Part shown: in pieces, positions 14,501-23,800 of the stretch
How the letters are laid out: each line of letters starts with the position of its first letter
Numbering within the stretch: position 1 is the first letter of the stretch
Assembly: GCA_001643675.2 (NCBI GenBank)
Contig: LSRY02000016.1
Span: 496,001 to 560,000, forward strand
Reading direction: 5' to 3'
Length of the DNA: 64,000 nucleotides
Source of the DNA: Monocercomonoides exilis PA203
Lineage: Eukaryota > Protista > Preaxostyla
The notes under the pieces: generated by a model
Told to the model about the DNA's origin: nothing
Databases searched by the model: none
What the model saw: only the letters and a program-made list of their open reading frames with translations
Position numbers and translations under genes: made by a program

Positions 14501-14863
14501 ACAAAGGAGTCAGTTGTGTTTTCTGTGGGGATGATGTTGTGGGAATGCCTGACTCTGAAGATCCCGTTTGGAGACTATTCTGCAGAAGCAGCCGGGCAGA
14601 AAATTGTGAATGGGGAGAGGCCGAAACCCGAGAAAGCAGGGAGTGAGGAATATGGAGAAATGATAAAAGCATGCTTGTCTGCATCGCCATCGGAGAGGTG
14701 GGGCTTGATGACTTTGAAGCGAGAATTCTTCAGTCGGTTTCCCGCAGGAGCTGTGTTTGTCACAGCATCAGACGCCATCGATTTTGAAGCAGGGAGCGAT
14801 GATGGAGGCAGCGAGGCTGCGACTCGACAGAGCAGAAGCTGGAGTGGATATAGCAATAGATGA
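2549..14863 (+). CDS. Giant (4104 aa) type I membrane protein: signal peptide, N-terminal Pmp-like beta-helix domain, 8 tandem Cys-capped parallel beta-helix modules, one TM helix, cytoplasmic Ser/acidic linker, degenerate Tyr-kinase-like C-lobe (pseudokinase)
   Basis: Uninterrupted 12.3-kb ORF. Hydrophobic N-terminus MILFLEFGVLAMLCGVC. Recurrent GG(A/G)(V/L/I)(Y/F) and FxxN motifs. Eight CGxxxxxCx(T/S) module starts (~4199, 5234, 6566, 7601, 8771, 9851, 10823, 11984). TM WPLVVIIMAVVLFVILIIAVVTTV (~13499-13570) followed by RWRKQKRR. RWKAPE...VVFSVGMMLWECLTLKIPF...GERP near 14455-14625. Confidence 0.85.
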   Translation: MILFLEFGVLAMLCGVCEETSGKRVQMKDFQEEEEEERLMMQTSLFTNLIGDGKREEGKSENAHEKHEMRDVMRSRISTRFDCCNSSLVIRSAELGSREGFEWIGRLNGSVLEVVWCEIAIGGQDERMFWCEDSRVELEMTVKMREEKGIWRGGVVEGFGRGNEVKLKESRFECLRAEGGMVLARGSLKEIFVENCLFRNISGRISGDRVDGKSDGADNGARKNNAERIGVASSIFERVENGDSGMLYDGCHTQECCFVMNTSFERCEQNVNSTRQENSTGDVILEDLIFTVHTTGSYGGAVCITGNATLSILRTTFRNCSLESTFPDSYGGAVYDTGTGFINMVNSSVISCSVEETGGSYCAGIYITTKAAGTVYVTSSIFAENTGGHYSGLFSSAVSDALFIGSCTFLNNCANPRYGGCLVVWNAISLNQAISNCSFSNNSAYYYGGAILLAGNGSTVKPVKLRFLLFENNTCTLGNGHDVAFRTDHETLYAANDFATCSSTSAEPRVWHCFTPNEWTCPINESRPSWIPNTIRGEINVNPTKEDQIHCGTMGDECKTIGYGVTKWNPELKQKISLSRSTFAERGIGVEDRVIVIEVKGSGERPIIRWAAAGDALVWITCGSIEADSIVFVMDGGASGEGSLMSVREAGGRARLVRCSVRSEAAGVFCRRSMFVVENGVCEIEDSEIEGIQMEDCALLESRYPGELRIAGGSIRNIVRSRGNGAVMSKTLREGETVIVCNTTVKGCRCSSGNGGGVYVGVVEGSVAVLGGSSVSTKIEGCKAEEGSGSGSSGRGRGGGLYVEMRNAEDDVRMENVELVGNEAKSGKMMFICSADLKESCVKKFGFLRGGGWGWEDYAGIGDREWRSLVIPLKVYFEEVGETVHASRGGADHENCGFEYFTCRTLKYSLERQGGETHKVEVHELVEVSEQVEMTSGSYEVTGDEGLTVLSVVDNAARREGEGEGEGEGEGEGEGGGGGVFCVWKSTVLKRVKMWIPAILSGRGALIEVRGGSLSVLECAIDLKAPGVAVRFSLVKVTCGSVVWPSLRLESVHFDRDGMCIAAGSEASIVLEDAELRNVSRVSGDGLIEGSDGSRVELQNVGMTGCNEKSGSMIVVKSGSRLEMNNSKANECVLGEGSVVRSERAGYVKVSGCNMSSIGAGKGDGVGVNGVVGSGGSVEVVNVQASRCRSGKGDGGMMKVVVEKGGSVKIGDGGESGKSGEKSVVEMCEAGEHEGVGGRGGGVFVELGVEGDGVVFGDVEFAGNGGKAGRDVYVICDELSEYVTPLRFGFGLSIRERGNSLVGRDRKAMREDTDLYVFITGYVSGRVEVRKEGGRNEVYCGMSAYPCMTVEYGLGHAGKDGEKWVVLTGGSELREEVDVSGARLGGMGEIAMEMSVRGMLSGEWSAAIKTEGVTELEWLDVKMPSRFEGGVTELMNCQSKGGELWIRKCGFGLEEGVQGSVGYAIIRFSGEVLKVEETRFEGFVVEEPMFDLGFESGGEGRVEGSGVEFWNCSFGSVGCLGGNGACIVSSVIGGKLEFLWCNMTDVDGRANEEGGALKVCIEGKGHVIVGNCKGERCCAEKETIGKGGWMFMECSVADGFVIEEVELEECWAWVGRKMFVRGRGLGGVVSSERLKVDVGGGELDGLEFVGYDEAEEMRVPLGVFVQEWGSPGYVEGERGMDYSLCGFEWFGCATMEHCGRARFFGRKAEIVLKRGFVFCSVIDISRQEMDVKGCEERREYEVRGDLGEESEGVIETRKDTGFADVVFVVEKTFVRGQGSVVVSRLSGLMMERCGMRMGSGKAGFSFVVCVGGRMELKSVEVREQEFESGSMVELREGSKGSVEGVVVERVASGGKKGLIWVGEGSSLEVGNTSASGAVRFGDHCVWEFGRTSSVRMAESNVSGVTRMEGNGAVIVGSVGEGMECVVERCVVSVIRCESGTGEGGSVHVRVGKGGSWVFEENEVRESKVDGNGGKGGGLFMEFEDVDVSYSMRRDVFEGNQGHIGVDVYLVCREPGVVIDRRKWEGSAKEGEEYNNTMWVVDPGNAGIDVTLLKYLFPPKGDIIFVNRTVTGQENCGSDELPCNTVEGGYEKLGKEKTILHIMEESELGEEIRREGESLTIRGDEVAKSEVVVGERGKVCVMVGSWSTTLTIEWIEFEVAEKSVHSELFEMGVGEVHVVECVFGGKGEEKRKTNMWIVCGRGGSVELKKVSVGQMEFGDGRGMCVMKGGGLLCEDVNMSGARTDGGGLVIGEKGTKIVVKRMKARDCWGGSGGVIRVMDGRKVELSEECEFVGCCSGRGDGGAVSWEMGGDDEVLVKNCTVKNCRAEETGGRGGGVFMWIHADCENRFAISKMVFEGNAAHEGDDVFVKCRDLKESVVGERFELELVKEGGEAGVRMMGRDEGRFSEKAHDLMYFLVGYRSRRIVVGSNGADIMGCGREEYPCESFEKGVEHGENEDGMIEMEIIDTVGIRKVEDLSGWKVEGSSAEEKSVVEIREKIEGNGESWVVKNEKVLNVERVRMVVPVRLEEGKKEVVWSGGGNAELWLVLCEFEVEGAGIVEYSMVKSSGGKVMAVSCLVKEMEIGAVAFEFCSSVEMSGCVFEDVKRVGGDGGDGGDGGDGRDGDREGGGVMRVKLKGEDTFGISNSYFEGCGWEWEEGCGGVIYVDSREGLKEDGLRFADTEFKGTVGGARGKAIYIEGVDLNKTVNEQSFGVIYGELKEDENLFVGKDEKLGETDLLRLVVKYWSGVVYISEDGFDVMGCGSERDPCGTLWKGMKQIEKEKEEKRVMIRREVRVEDEWDLSSLSVERWRNGEEKLSRSALVFGGDGEKRGRGVIVNTRMLVLKEMSVCMAAGFENGRGWAVENNGGTLWLDKCVFETREGTEGGEGEGGGCVFVRMLNGELRVDELESRSMNGGKGLFEVNGGCRCILLGMRVESGRIRDGAVVQVVDGDVGNGDEGSVVEMENSTFSFVAGQGNRPRIVECKCDGGICVNVSGCVFESCKSSESEKGGVVYFSLNEGGWLRMSESTIKQSGCSAERGKGGGLYLHSEVTGELDFELRSMEFRGNDAALGRDVFVECFSIENQINETQFRLDLRESVYVRQNGMCGMDRTQHTVEAIDLMGIITIFQSDTIVVSSSREKGGKNERSCGMPQVPCRSIDYGVEHVTWDYVSQMFVEEESVIERECDFVEMRVLSSGGDMAQIIVKGIEEQRREGVIATQRNVEVTGLGFAFAEGAEWGHARLIEVQSGMLRIQLCSFSTMQNGEEENGKARIGFSLIWIGGGGCAVSSVQVAGLRFLETVKGVIETSKPEQETSVNNVSVADISVEDGSIICSGAKLLPRIGSCSFENITRLSGGASCILLRAGEGKEMGEIVNCTFRRCTSQSARGSGVKVLCASSIAFDSCTFDGCGLLEKTNWEGAEEGICFWNGSVVEMENCSSRMKDTVIANSSCGGAGVDGGDVRIEMGMFENNNGTVEKYRSIRRNVVCSGLGKVNVVSLKGGDGAKENSSLWILSEGCTLEGIAGERGWALFVPVVEEAHMRGAGEELEVRFVGRLLIPCNLSFGVSVWDGDAEAVERHEFVESDYASEEEVCSRIGASAARGAAETAEVRVRIEFGDAARRQGTKWFVVKNRTEAQVNGNEKLVEGGNKEKSSWPLVVIIMAVVLFVILIIAVVTTVRWRKQKRRTEELEEIVEDTVRKDPKLIEMMTMEMSPEEQWKRAEREAEKKNEERIKKRAYDTNMQHSESSEHLLSESGSTEYILGRDSDKIPEWALEKVDEKEVEEETRKRTPSPSISSTSTTSTTDSDSTFVRSESLCPTTSSMSNLVDGMACSSPHEKLIADLRDSLFMLVHGKNEKKEMAIGSLKEREMTAAQILFWVVNGALHSFNEMENPLQSLANLSPHIVLFSEQMVIVIALHSDCSDESDSDSSSIASSCTIATSSSDVSLMSERFVDSPPPSSAFEDDEGCRDEYKRWKAPELMGKKKMRATKESVVFSVGMMLWECLTLKIPFGDYSAEAAGQKIVNGERPKPEKAGSEEYGEMIKACLSASPSERWGLMTLKREFFSRFPAGAVFVTASDAIDFEAGSDDGGSEAATRQSRSWSGYSNR
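5426..5485 (+). repeat. (GAAGGA)n coding microsatellite, EGEGEG...GGGG
   Basis: Directly visible hexamer tandem inside the giant ORF. Confidence 0.9.
10364..10408 (+). repeat. (GGAGGGGAT)x4-5 coding tandem repeat, GGD repeats
   Basis: Directly visible 9-mer tandem inside the giant ORF. Confidence 0.85.
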
Positions 14864-16228
14864 AAAGGAGGAAGCAGAGAAAGAAGATGATTAGCACAAC
14901 TGCCTTGAAACAACAGCTGGGATGGATGAACGGATATGGAGTGTTGGATACGATGCTTCGCTATTGACGGATCACTCGATGAATTTGACGAGTATTCCGT
15001 TTATGTGGTGCAATTTTTTCAGGTTATTTGTTTTTTGCTTTGTTTTTTGCTTTGTTTTTTCTTTGGATATAGGCTTCTTTTGATTGGCCGAAATGAATAT
15101 TGAATGGCAAATAAAATTATAACTTTTCCTCACTTCATTTGGAGCAATTCATCAAAAATCATCAAAATGAGAACCTTTTGCGAGAAATTTAGGAAAGCAT
15201 CAACGAAACAAATATCCCTTCAACCGCATCCAAAAAATGAAGCCACGAATCAAAAAAAGATTATGTGGATATACTGATAGGATCTCCATTATTTTTAAAA
15301 ACACTTTCTTGATTTGTTTTTTCTTTTATTCGCCAATTATTTCAAATAATTCAATGCTATCAACTTTTTTTTCTAATAATGTATTCACCTTGATGAGAAA
15401 GGATTTTTCTGATTGATATTTTCGTTATTGTCGATTATTCTTCGAGAAATTAGTTTCAATCACTTTTGAAATGAAATCATATCGGGAAGTGGGGACAAAA
15501 CGAAAAGTTAAAAATATTAATGAAGAAGTTTTTAATATCAGTAACTTTGATTAACAAATACTTGCGTGATTGAAAGATGGAACATATTGGGTCCAGATTT
15601 TTCACTGAAAAATTAAATGCATATTTCACTAAATTTGGTACACAAGAATATTTTCATTCTTCTAATGATGTTTTTTGTTTTGAAAAATTATGTTTTTTAT
15701 TGAAAAATCCAATCAGAAAAAAATCTTAAAAACATTATAACACAATAGATGGAACAGATTAATTCAAAATTTTTTTATTGATAATGAAAAGAAATATATA
15801 AAGATAATGAAAAATCTTCAGGTTCCGTTAATAGCATCTATTTTTATGCATAATTTTATGACTAAAGTTTTATCAAGAAGAAAATTGTTTGGAGAATGAA
15901 AAAAATGTTATCACCATTTCTATCAATTTTTGAAAATTACGGTTTCATTTTTTTGTCATGAAACTGAAATTTTTTTTAAATTTGAAAGTTGCTGTATCTT
16001 ATTTTCACATTTTGTTAACAAATTATTTTCGTTTGATTTCTTTTACAATAATTAATTCAAGATGATTTCTATGAAAATTTTCGGACCCAACAAGTTGCAC
16101 TTTTCAGCATCACATATGTTTGATGATTCAAAATTATAAATTTCAATTGCATTTTTAGTAATCATTATTTATATTTTGATCAAATACCTTTACTTATTTT
16201 TGTCATCAAATTTTATTTTCTTTAAAAA

Positions 16229-19200
16229 ATGATATCTGTTTTTTTATTTGTAATATTTCGCGAGATAATATTAAATAATGCTTTGGATTTACCTTTGTGT
16301 GAAGATTTCCAGCAATATTCAGCAATCCAAAATTGTTCAGGAGGCTATCGTTTGAAAACGTTTCATACAAAGCCGGGAATGAGCTGCAAGCCAAAAGAAC
16401 CTGAAAGAGTTAATTGCGGTATTGCTGACACATGTTATTCTGAAAAATAAAAGATTGCCAATTTATTCTTTGAATGGTTTTATTTATCAAAAAGAATGCA
16501 AGAAAGAAGATTTTGTTGCAACTTACTCAGAGTGTAAAGAAGGTAAACGTTTAAAAACATTACATCGAATAACTGATTGCCTGGGTTCAATAGATCCTCC
16601 AGAGGAAGTACCATGTGGTTTGAACAAGAGTTACTCTTTTTTATTCAATTTCATGATTGTTTATTCAGAATGTACAAAAAATGACGTTGCTGTTTCATAT
16701 GGTCCATGCAACGGAACCCGTGATGTATATTTCAACTACAAAAAAAGCTGTGATTCAACAAATCTTCCTTTGCTAGACCCTCTGCTCAATGTGAAATGCG
16801 ATTTTTCTTGTAAGGAGAATGAATTTTACGACATTACTCTTAAAAAATGTAAAGTCTGTGATCCTGGAACTTACGCCAAAGATTTTTCTTTAAACTATGC
16901 AGATTGGTCCTCAATTCCCAAAGAGTTTATCCTGGAACATGACGAAGAAGCCACCGATTGGAAACCAGCAGGAAGCGCTGTTATTACAGGAACTCAGCCA
17001 AGCAATTCTTCTACATATTTAAGTCTTGATGTGGATATTGTTGCAGAGAAAGGATATGTGGAATTTTCATTTGAGTGCTATAAATTACAGTTTGATGAAA
17101 ATGGCCTTATCTTTTTTATTGACGATAACGTTGCGGGATCGGATGCTGTAGAACTCCTAACATCAAACGAATGGAAAGAGCTTCGTTACAATCTTCCATT
17201 TGGTCATCACAGATTGACGTGGATGTACAAATCAGGGATGTTTGCCTCTGATGACAGTGAGGGTGCGCGAATCAGATGGATAAAGATTGTGGGAACGCAT
17301 TATCTCCTAACATCATGCGCTCCCTGCCCTCCTGGTACGACGTCGACTAACGGCATCTGCCAGAAGTGCCCCGTCAACACTTATGCAGCTGGAGAGGCGT
17401 CGACCAGCTGTAAACCGTGTGAAAATTCATCTCTATATTCGGTTCCTGGTGCGGATAAGTGCAGACCAAAAAGGATGTGCACTGTTAAGGACTTCTTAGT
17501 GAACTACGGCCCTTGCATCTTACGTGAAAACATTGATTCAGAAGAAAAAGAAGTGGCGCTGAAAGCTAAGGGGGCTAATCTTCGAAAGAATAAGGAGAGG
17601 TGGGAGCGAAAGAAGACGTTTTCGTGGATTGAACCGAGCCAGTGTGATCCGGATTTGAATGGATCAAAGAAGCTTCCGCCAGAAAAGTGGGTTTCCTGCG
17701 TTCCATGCAATCCTGGCACTTATCGTTTAAGTCCAAAAGAAGCACAGCATTCTTTTCACAGCGCAAGTGAGTCTAATTCTAGAAGAAACAATTTTGTGTA
17801 TGTAAATTCTGAAGGTGAGACCATGTTCTCTGAGAATGAAGAAGCAACAAGCTTGTGTCATCCTTGCCCCAGCGGTACATATCGAGGTGACGAAGAAGAT
17901 GATGCTTATGATTTCGATGAGGATGACGAAGAGGAAGGTCAAAAAGAAGGCAGAGAAGAAATTGACGATGGAGCAGAGTCATGCAAAGTGTGCCCAGCGG
18001 GACACAAAACGCCGCGAACAATGTACATCAAGCATTTGGACACGCTGGACAAAAACAGCTTCAATACATCCTGCAGCAGCGACATTGGAGAGCCTTCGGA
18101 TTGCGCAACAGCTGGATGGGTCCCTGTGCCAAAAGGCGGAGTGATTTCGGGGCATTACCATAAGGGACCTGTACAGGTTAGACTGGAACTTAAGACGCAG
18201 CTGTCGAATCAGTACAGTCGGGGTATTGTAGAGTTTGCATTCTCTGCTGTTCTGAAGGAAAATTCATACTTCAAAGTGTATTCAGAGTCGAATCTGCCTT
18301 TTGTAATGAATGCTTCAACTCTAAAAGACAGAGAAGATAAGGCAATACGCATGTATCTGAACGAAGATGACAAGAAAGTTGTGTTTGTGTTTGTAAAAGG
18401 AGCAGCAACGAAACAGAAAAAGGAAGATGAAGACGGGCACATTGGCTTGACGGACGAGCAATGGAATCCTTCAGATGAGTTTGTCTGGATAAAGTACATA
18501 ACTCTTCATGGTATAGAAAATGCAACGGGTGGAGCAACTTCCTGTGAAAAGTGCCCAGCTGGCTACTATGCTGCACAGGGGGCAGAGGAGTGTGAGCCTT
18601 GCGAGCCTGGGACAGCTGCTGACACTACTCAGATTGGGGCAACATGCCCTAAATGTCCCAAGGGTACATACACATCGCGTTACGCGCAAGAAAAGTGTTT
18701 ACCGTGTGGAGATTTCACCGATTCGTATCCAGAAGATAAGCCAACTGAATGCAGGCCGAGGAAATGCGGATTTGATACGGTGTTCTCTAAGGAAGCGGAG
18801 GAAGAAATGAAGAAGAAAGAGAAGCTTCCTGCTGTAAAGTTTGATTTCAGAGACTTGGGAGGCAACGACACAGTAATTGGGCCAATCAAAGCTCTGGATC
18901 CAGATGAAGGTGATTTCTATATCAACTTCTGCTCGAAGGAGGGTCTTAAAAATGTGTGTTCTGTGAAAAAGGAAGGGGAGGAAGGGCACGACCAGATCCC
19001 ACCGTCGCTTATATGCCAGGTGAATAAAAAGAAGAAAATGTCATTTGGGTGGGGTTCAATGGTTGGATTCAAGTTCAATCAACCAGTCTCATCATCAATC
19101 ATCCCAATTAAAAGCTTTTCTCTCAAGAAGTTTCTGAAAAGCAAACTGTTTAAGCCATCTGCGACATCTCTTCCGGAATCGTCTGTTGATGTTTCTTTTT

Positions 19201-20108
19201 ATGATGGACAATTGTGCTTCGAGCAAAGAGGAAACGACTTGTCAAATGAGCAAATGCATTTTGATTTACCATCCTCTTACAAAATTAATTATGATTTTCG
19301 TTCTGCTTCTTCTATTTCATCCATACGAAATCGTGTTGCACGCTCTCATTCTTTGATTCCAAAGCCATCTCTTTCTTCTTCTTCTCTTAGCAATCACACT
19401 TCAAATGCTGCTGCTCAGTTCGTCCCCAGCCGGGCAATTCTCCGCATGCTCTGTGTTCCTGGCCTTGTGGAAGGGGTTCCTGAGCAGGTGCGGTCGTTCA
19501 GCACACTTCCTGTGGTAATGATGAGCAACGACGGGAGCGTCGAATACTCCGAAACAGATTCTAATAGCCCGCAACATCCAGCTGCTATTCCTCTTGGTGC
19601 GAAGCGGTGCACTCGTTTGTTCGAGTGGAAGACGGATTATGGCTGCAGGATGTGTCAGGAGGAAGACTACGAGATTGTGCACACTGAGTGTGTGGATAAG
19701 AAGCAATTTGTTACAAAACAGCTGAAGGAAGGTGTGAAATGCTCCACTTTGCGGGAAGGGAGCGTATTGGGCCACCCGAGGCATGAGGTTGAGTGTGAAA
19801 TGCCTGTGGTGAAGCTTTCGTTTTGGCAGGCAATGAGCGTTGCGTTTTCTGTTCTGGTGGTTGTGCTCGGAATAATTGTGCTTGTGATCGTTTTGTGCAA
19901 GCGTAACAAGAAGCTGAGGTATCAGCTGCTGCAAAGTGAGCATTCTAAACTCCCATTTGGCTCGACTTCAATGATGGAGGATTTCCAAAGCCACGATACA
20001 GCATATCGAATTGAAGAGGATGAGCAAAGTCAGGATGAGAATACGAACTTGTTTGAAGACAATGTGCAGAAGGATGAAAAAAAAGAGCAGCCGAGCTTGA
20101 TGGAGTAG
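16229..20108 (+). CDS. ELAPOR/KIAA1324 (UPF0577)-like Cys-rich type I membrane protein; exons ~16229-16418, 16495-16617, 16669-20108
   Basis: Signal-like N-terminus. CxxxD(F/Y)xxxYxxC modules. CxxCPxGT(Y) TNFR/ephrin-receptor-like repeats. GGATSCEKCPAG. FYINFC and FEWKTDYGC motifs resembling an MRH domain. TM AVSVLVVVLGIIVLVIVLC-like segment, then KRNKKLRYQLL. Two GT-AG phase-1 introns restore the C-E-C module junctions. Confidence 0.75.
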
Positions 20109-20809
20109 TATTTATGCGTATTTTCAGTGGTTAATAATTCGTTGCCGTTTTCCTTTTTTGACTTTTTTTTTGCTTGTTCTTTTAAATTTTTTATTAATAC
20201 CGTTCCATCCTAATATTTCATTCTATTCGTCTTTTTTCATCATTTTATTCTCATCTCTTCTCTCTTCTTCTTCTTCTTCTTCAATCAGAAATTTGTAATC
20301 TTCGAATTTTTATTTTGCTTTACATTACAAATATAAAAAATGGCGTTTACGATTTGGAATCGCTTCAATTTCTTTAAGTGAATTGCCTCTTAAAAAAATA
20401 ACAGATAAAGCAATTAAAGAATACACTAGTAGAGATAGCTGTGAAGAAAGAATAGAATTCATTAAAAACTTTACGACAGTTAGTGATAAGGAGAGAAATT
20501 CAAAATAATTAATCTCATTGAGATGAAGAGATGATATAAGAATAATTCTTTTGTTGTGGAATAAATGAATGCAGAATTAGAGAGATAAAGATTCAAAACA
20601 GCTAGCGGATTTGTACAAGAATGAAAGGGAGTAAGAGTCTTTAATTATGTCCCACATAGTTAAAGAGAAAACAGTGATAGGCTAACAAAACATAAAAAAA
20701 AATTGTGAGAAGGGGGAGTGTATGTAAATGTGCTTATATACGACAAAAAGAGAGGTTATACAAATCCATATAGATCGTAACTAAGAGATTCACCAAACAA
20801 TTACAGTCT

Positions 20810-23800
20810 CTATAAAGATTCAAATAAATTCTTTGGCACAACATTTTCAAAAGCATCATCCGGAAGAGCCATGTGCTTTCTCAGCTCAGCAGCAAACCGG
20901 ACAAGATTCTGCAGCTCGCTCGGCGGCTCAGCCACTCTCGTTTTTGTTGTGATATCCTCCTCCTTCACCACAGTGTGCCCAAAGTCTGTGTACAGCGCAC
21001 GCACAAGCTGTCCATAACGCTCCAAGAACTGTGCGGTGTACGAAGAGTGGAACTGCTTCAGGAGCGTAGCCATGCCAACAGCAAATGGCACTCCATCCAC
21101 CGTCTCCTTTGCCCACTTCCCCACCAGCACATTCCCCATCGAACGATCGCTGTTCATCCGACTGACAACAGAGCACATGCACACAAACACCACAAAGTCA
21201 AACGAAGGCAGTGGATCACCAGCTACATACACACGCGAGATTGGATCTCCCATTCCAGCTGCTTCTAAGTATTTGCTCAGCTCTGTCAGCAGTTGTGAGT
21301 CTGCTGATGGATAAGGAGCAGTGTCTGGATGAGCATAATGGCGCTCGACATCAAGTAATATCGCCCTGTTGAAGTTAGAGAGAGTTCCAGCAAGAACCCC
21401 ACTCTCCAAATGACAGGCTGCTCTCAAACGTGACTGGACGTGTGTGCGAAGCAGTTGGTAATGCCCGATCTTCATGCAAGTATCAACAAGCGCTGCAATC
21501 ACCTGTGGAATCTGTCTTTCCACGCCTTGCCGAGAGTTGATCATCTGCGAGGTCACAGGTGTTGCACCAGGAGGCGCCATCTGCGATGCCAGCACTGCCA
21601 AGTTCTGCGACATTGGCTTGTCCACAACACGGCGGTATGTGCGGATGAGTGCAGAAAGAGAAGAGGCAATCAGGAATGACAGCAGCTTATCCACTCCGCT
21701 GAGCAGCGCTACGTCCAGCGCCGAGTACATCAGCGCAAACAGACGTCCGCCAGCAACTTCTGTCTTCAGCTGGGTGTCGATCCAAGCAGTGTGACGTGTT
21801 GAGTAGATGCACCGCGACGGAGAGGTCAGCTCAATCAGCTCGCGCGTGACTCTCCCAATGAATGTGACAGAGCGGTTGTCTGTTGGTGGGAAAAGAGGAA
21901 TTGGGGCTGCCTCGTTCTGGTACTCTGACTGCCACTCAAACACTTTCTTCTTCAAAAAGGAGTTGCATTCTTGCTCCACATAAAAGTTTGCCATACGCTG
22001 AATTTCCTCCTGCCATATCTTCAGCCCGTAGATGCCGATGTAGTCTTGCACATACTCAAACGACTGCTTCAGCCCATCAATCTGCATCGACACGTCAGTC
22101 AGACGCATCTCAAAGTCATTCATCCTCGCACTCATCTGCGCAGAGGAAGAAGAAGATGAGGATGCTGCCAGTGGAAATGTCAGTGCTTTGTTAAACACGG
22201 TAGCGATAGTCTTGACAAGTTGGTTACGCACCCCATCTTCCAGAAGCTTCTTTGGATCCACTTCGATGATACCCATTGTCGTAGTCTCCATCTCCAAAAT
22301 ACCATCTGTGAATGAAACGACTGAATGTGTCAAGCGCGCAAGTTCAGTCCGCAGCTCCAGTTGAGCATAGTCCTTTAGGCTGTCCTTTGCAAACTTTGGT
22401 GGAACTTCCTTCATCCTTCTCGTCTGCAGCTGGATGATCTCACCCATCAGCTGGAACAGCGACACTGGTACGACCTCCAGCACTGACCGCACAAAGGCCA
22501 CCAGTTTCGAAGAGTAGTATTCAGCCACACTCTCCTGATCAGGAGACTTGCCTTGAATGATTCTCATCAGCGGAAATTCAAGCATCGTTGACAGTTTGAG
22601 GAATGTGGCACGTAGTTTGCTGACGATGTTTGCTTGTCTCTTCACAGTCTGCTGCATGAGCTGGATGTAGCTGGCTGCTGTTTCCCAGGCATAAGCCATA
22701 TCCGACACAACTGAGATGTTCATTGCTGTGTCTTCGCGGCACCCAATCGTCCGGATCATCAGAGTGAGATTTGTCCGCACATCAGCTAAGTACTGTCGGA
22801 TCTGCAGCGATGACTCGATCTGCTGGAACTGCTCAACTTCCTCCAGTGCAGCTATCATCTTTGCTGCTTTCCTGCCAGCAGACATTGGCTCGCGGTAGTC
22901 CAGGTTCGTGATCTCAGCCAGAATCTCCCGAAACCAGTGCTCCAAGTCCTCGTTCTTGGAAATCTTCGACATTGGTGTGTTGCCTGAGAAGAAGTCGGCT
23001 AGCTCTGTGATGATTTCTGTGCAGCTTCCTTTCAGCTTGTCCCACCTGCTCTGCTTCGTTGCCAGCAGCTGGTTGAACAGCGTCTTCATTGTGAGTTCCA
23101 GTTGTGCCACAATCAGAAGGAAGGACAGTACCTGCTGCTGGTTGAATGTTCTTGAGATGATCTCATTGTACTTCTTGTTGCTGGTCGTCAGGTGCAGCAT
23201 GATCCATCGCAGCGTGCAGTTCGAGTTACGCAGGCAGCCCAGAAGATCGGCTATGTGGTCAATAACATATTCTTCGTTCAGCACACCTTCAGACAGATAC
23301 CCATTGACATCCTTTGTGAGCTTCGCCAGCATCTCAGCTTTGGTGTCGATGGTTTGTTGGATGGCAGGCAGCGAAAGAACTGAAGCAAGGGCTGTTTTGG
23401 CTGCTTTGTATCCGTCCCAAGCTGCTGTCAGATCTACACGATTTCCCATGTAATACGAGATAACCCAGTTGTCGTAGAAGAAGCGGTTGACAAGCTCATT
23501 CATCGTTGCGTTCTGTTTCTGCAGCACATCTGGCACAAAGAAAAGGATTGTGAAGCACATTCCAGCCATCGTCGAAAGAGCTGTTGAGCGCTGTTCTGGT
23601 GCTGGATAATACTTCAACTGTAGATAAAGATCGTCATTTCTCAGTCTTCCAAGCATCAGGTGTACCACATCTTTTGGTAGAGGCACGCGATTGAAGAAAT
23701 CTTCGGGGTAATTTGGAGGCTTTTTCCCCCAGCCATTGAAATTTGTCCATCCAGTTGAACGACATAGTTTGCATACTTCGTCAATATCAGTCAATTCAAC

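Noticed and set aside
2555-14913. Many long antisense and alternate-frame ORFs (up to 456 aa) over the giant gene
   Set aside because: Pro/Ser/His/Leu-rich shadows produced by the G-rich sense strand, which rarely contains the reverse complements of stop codons; no motifs
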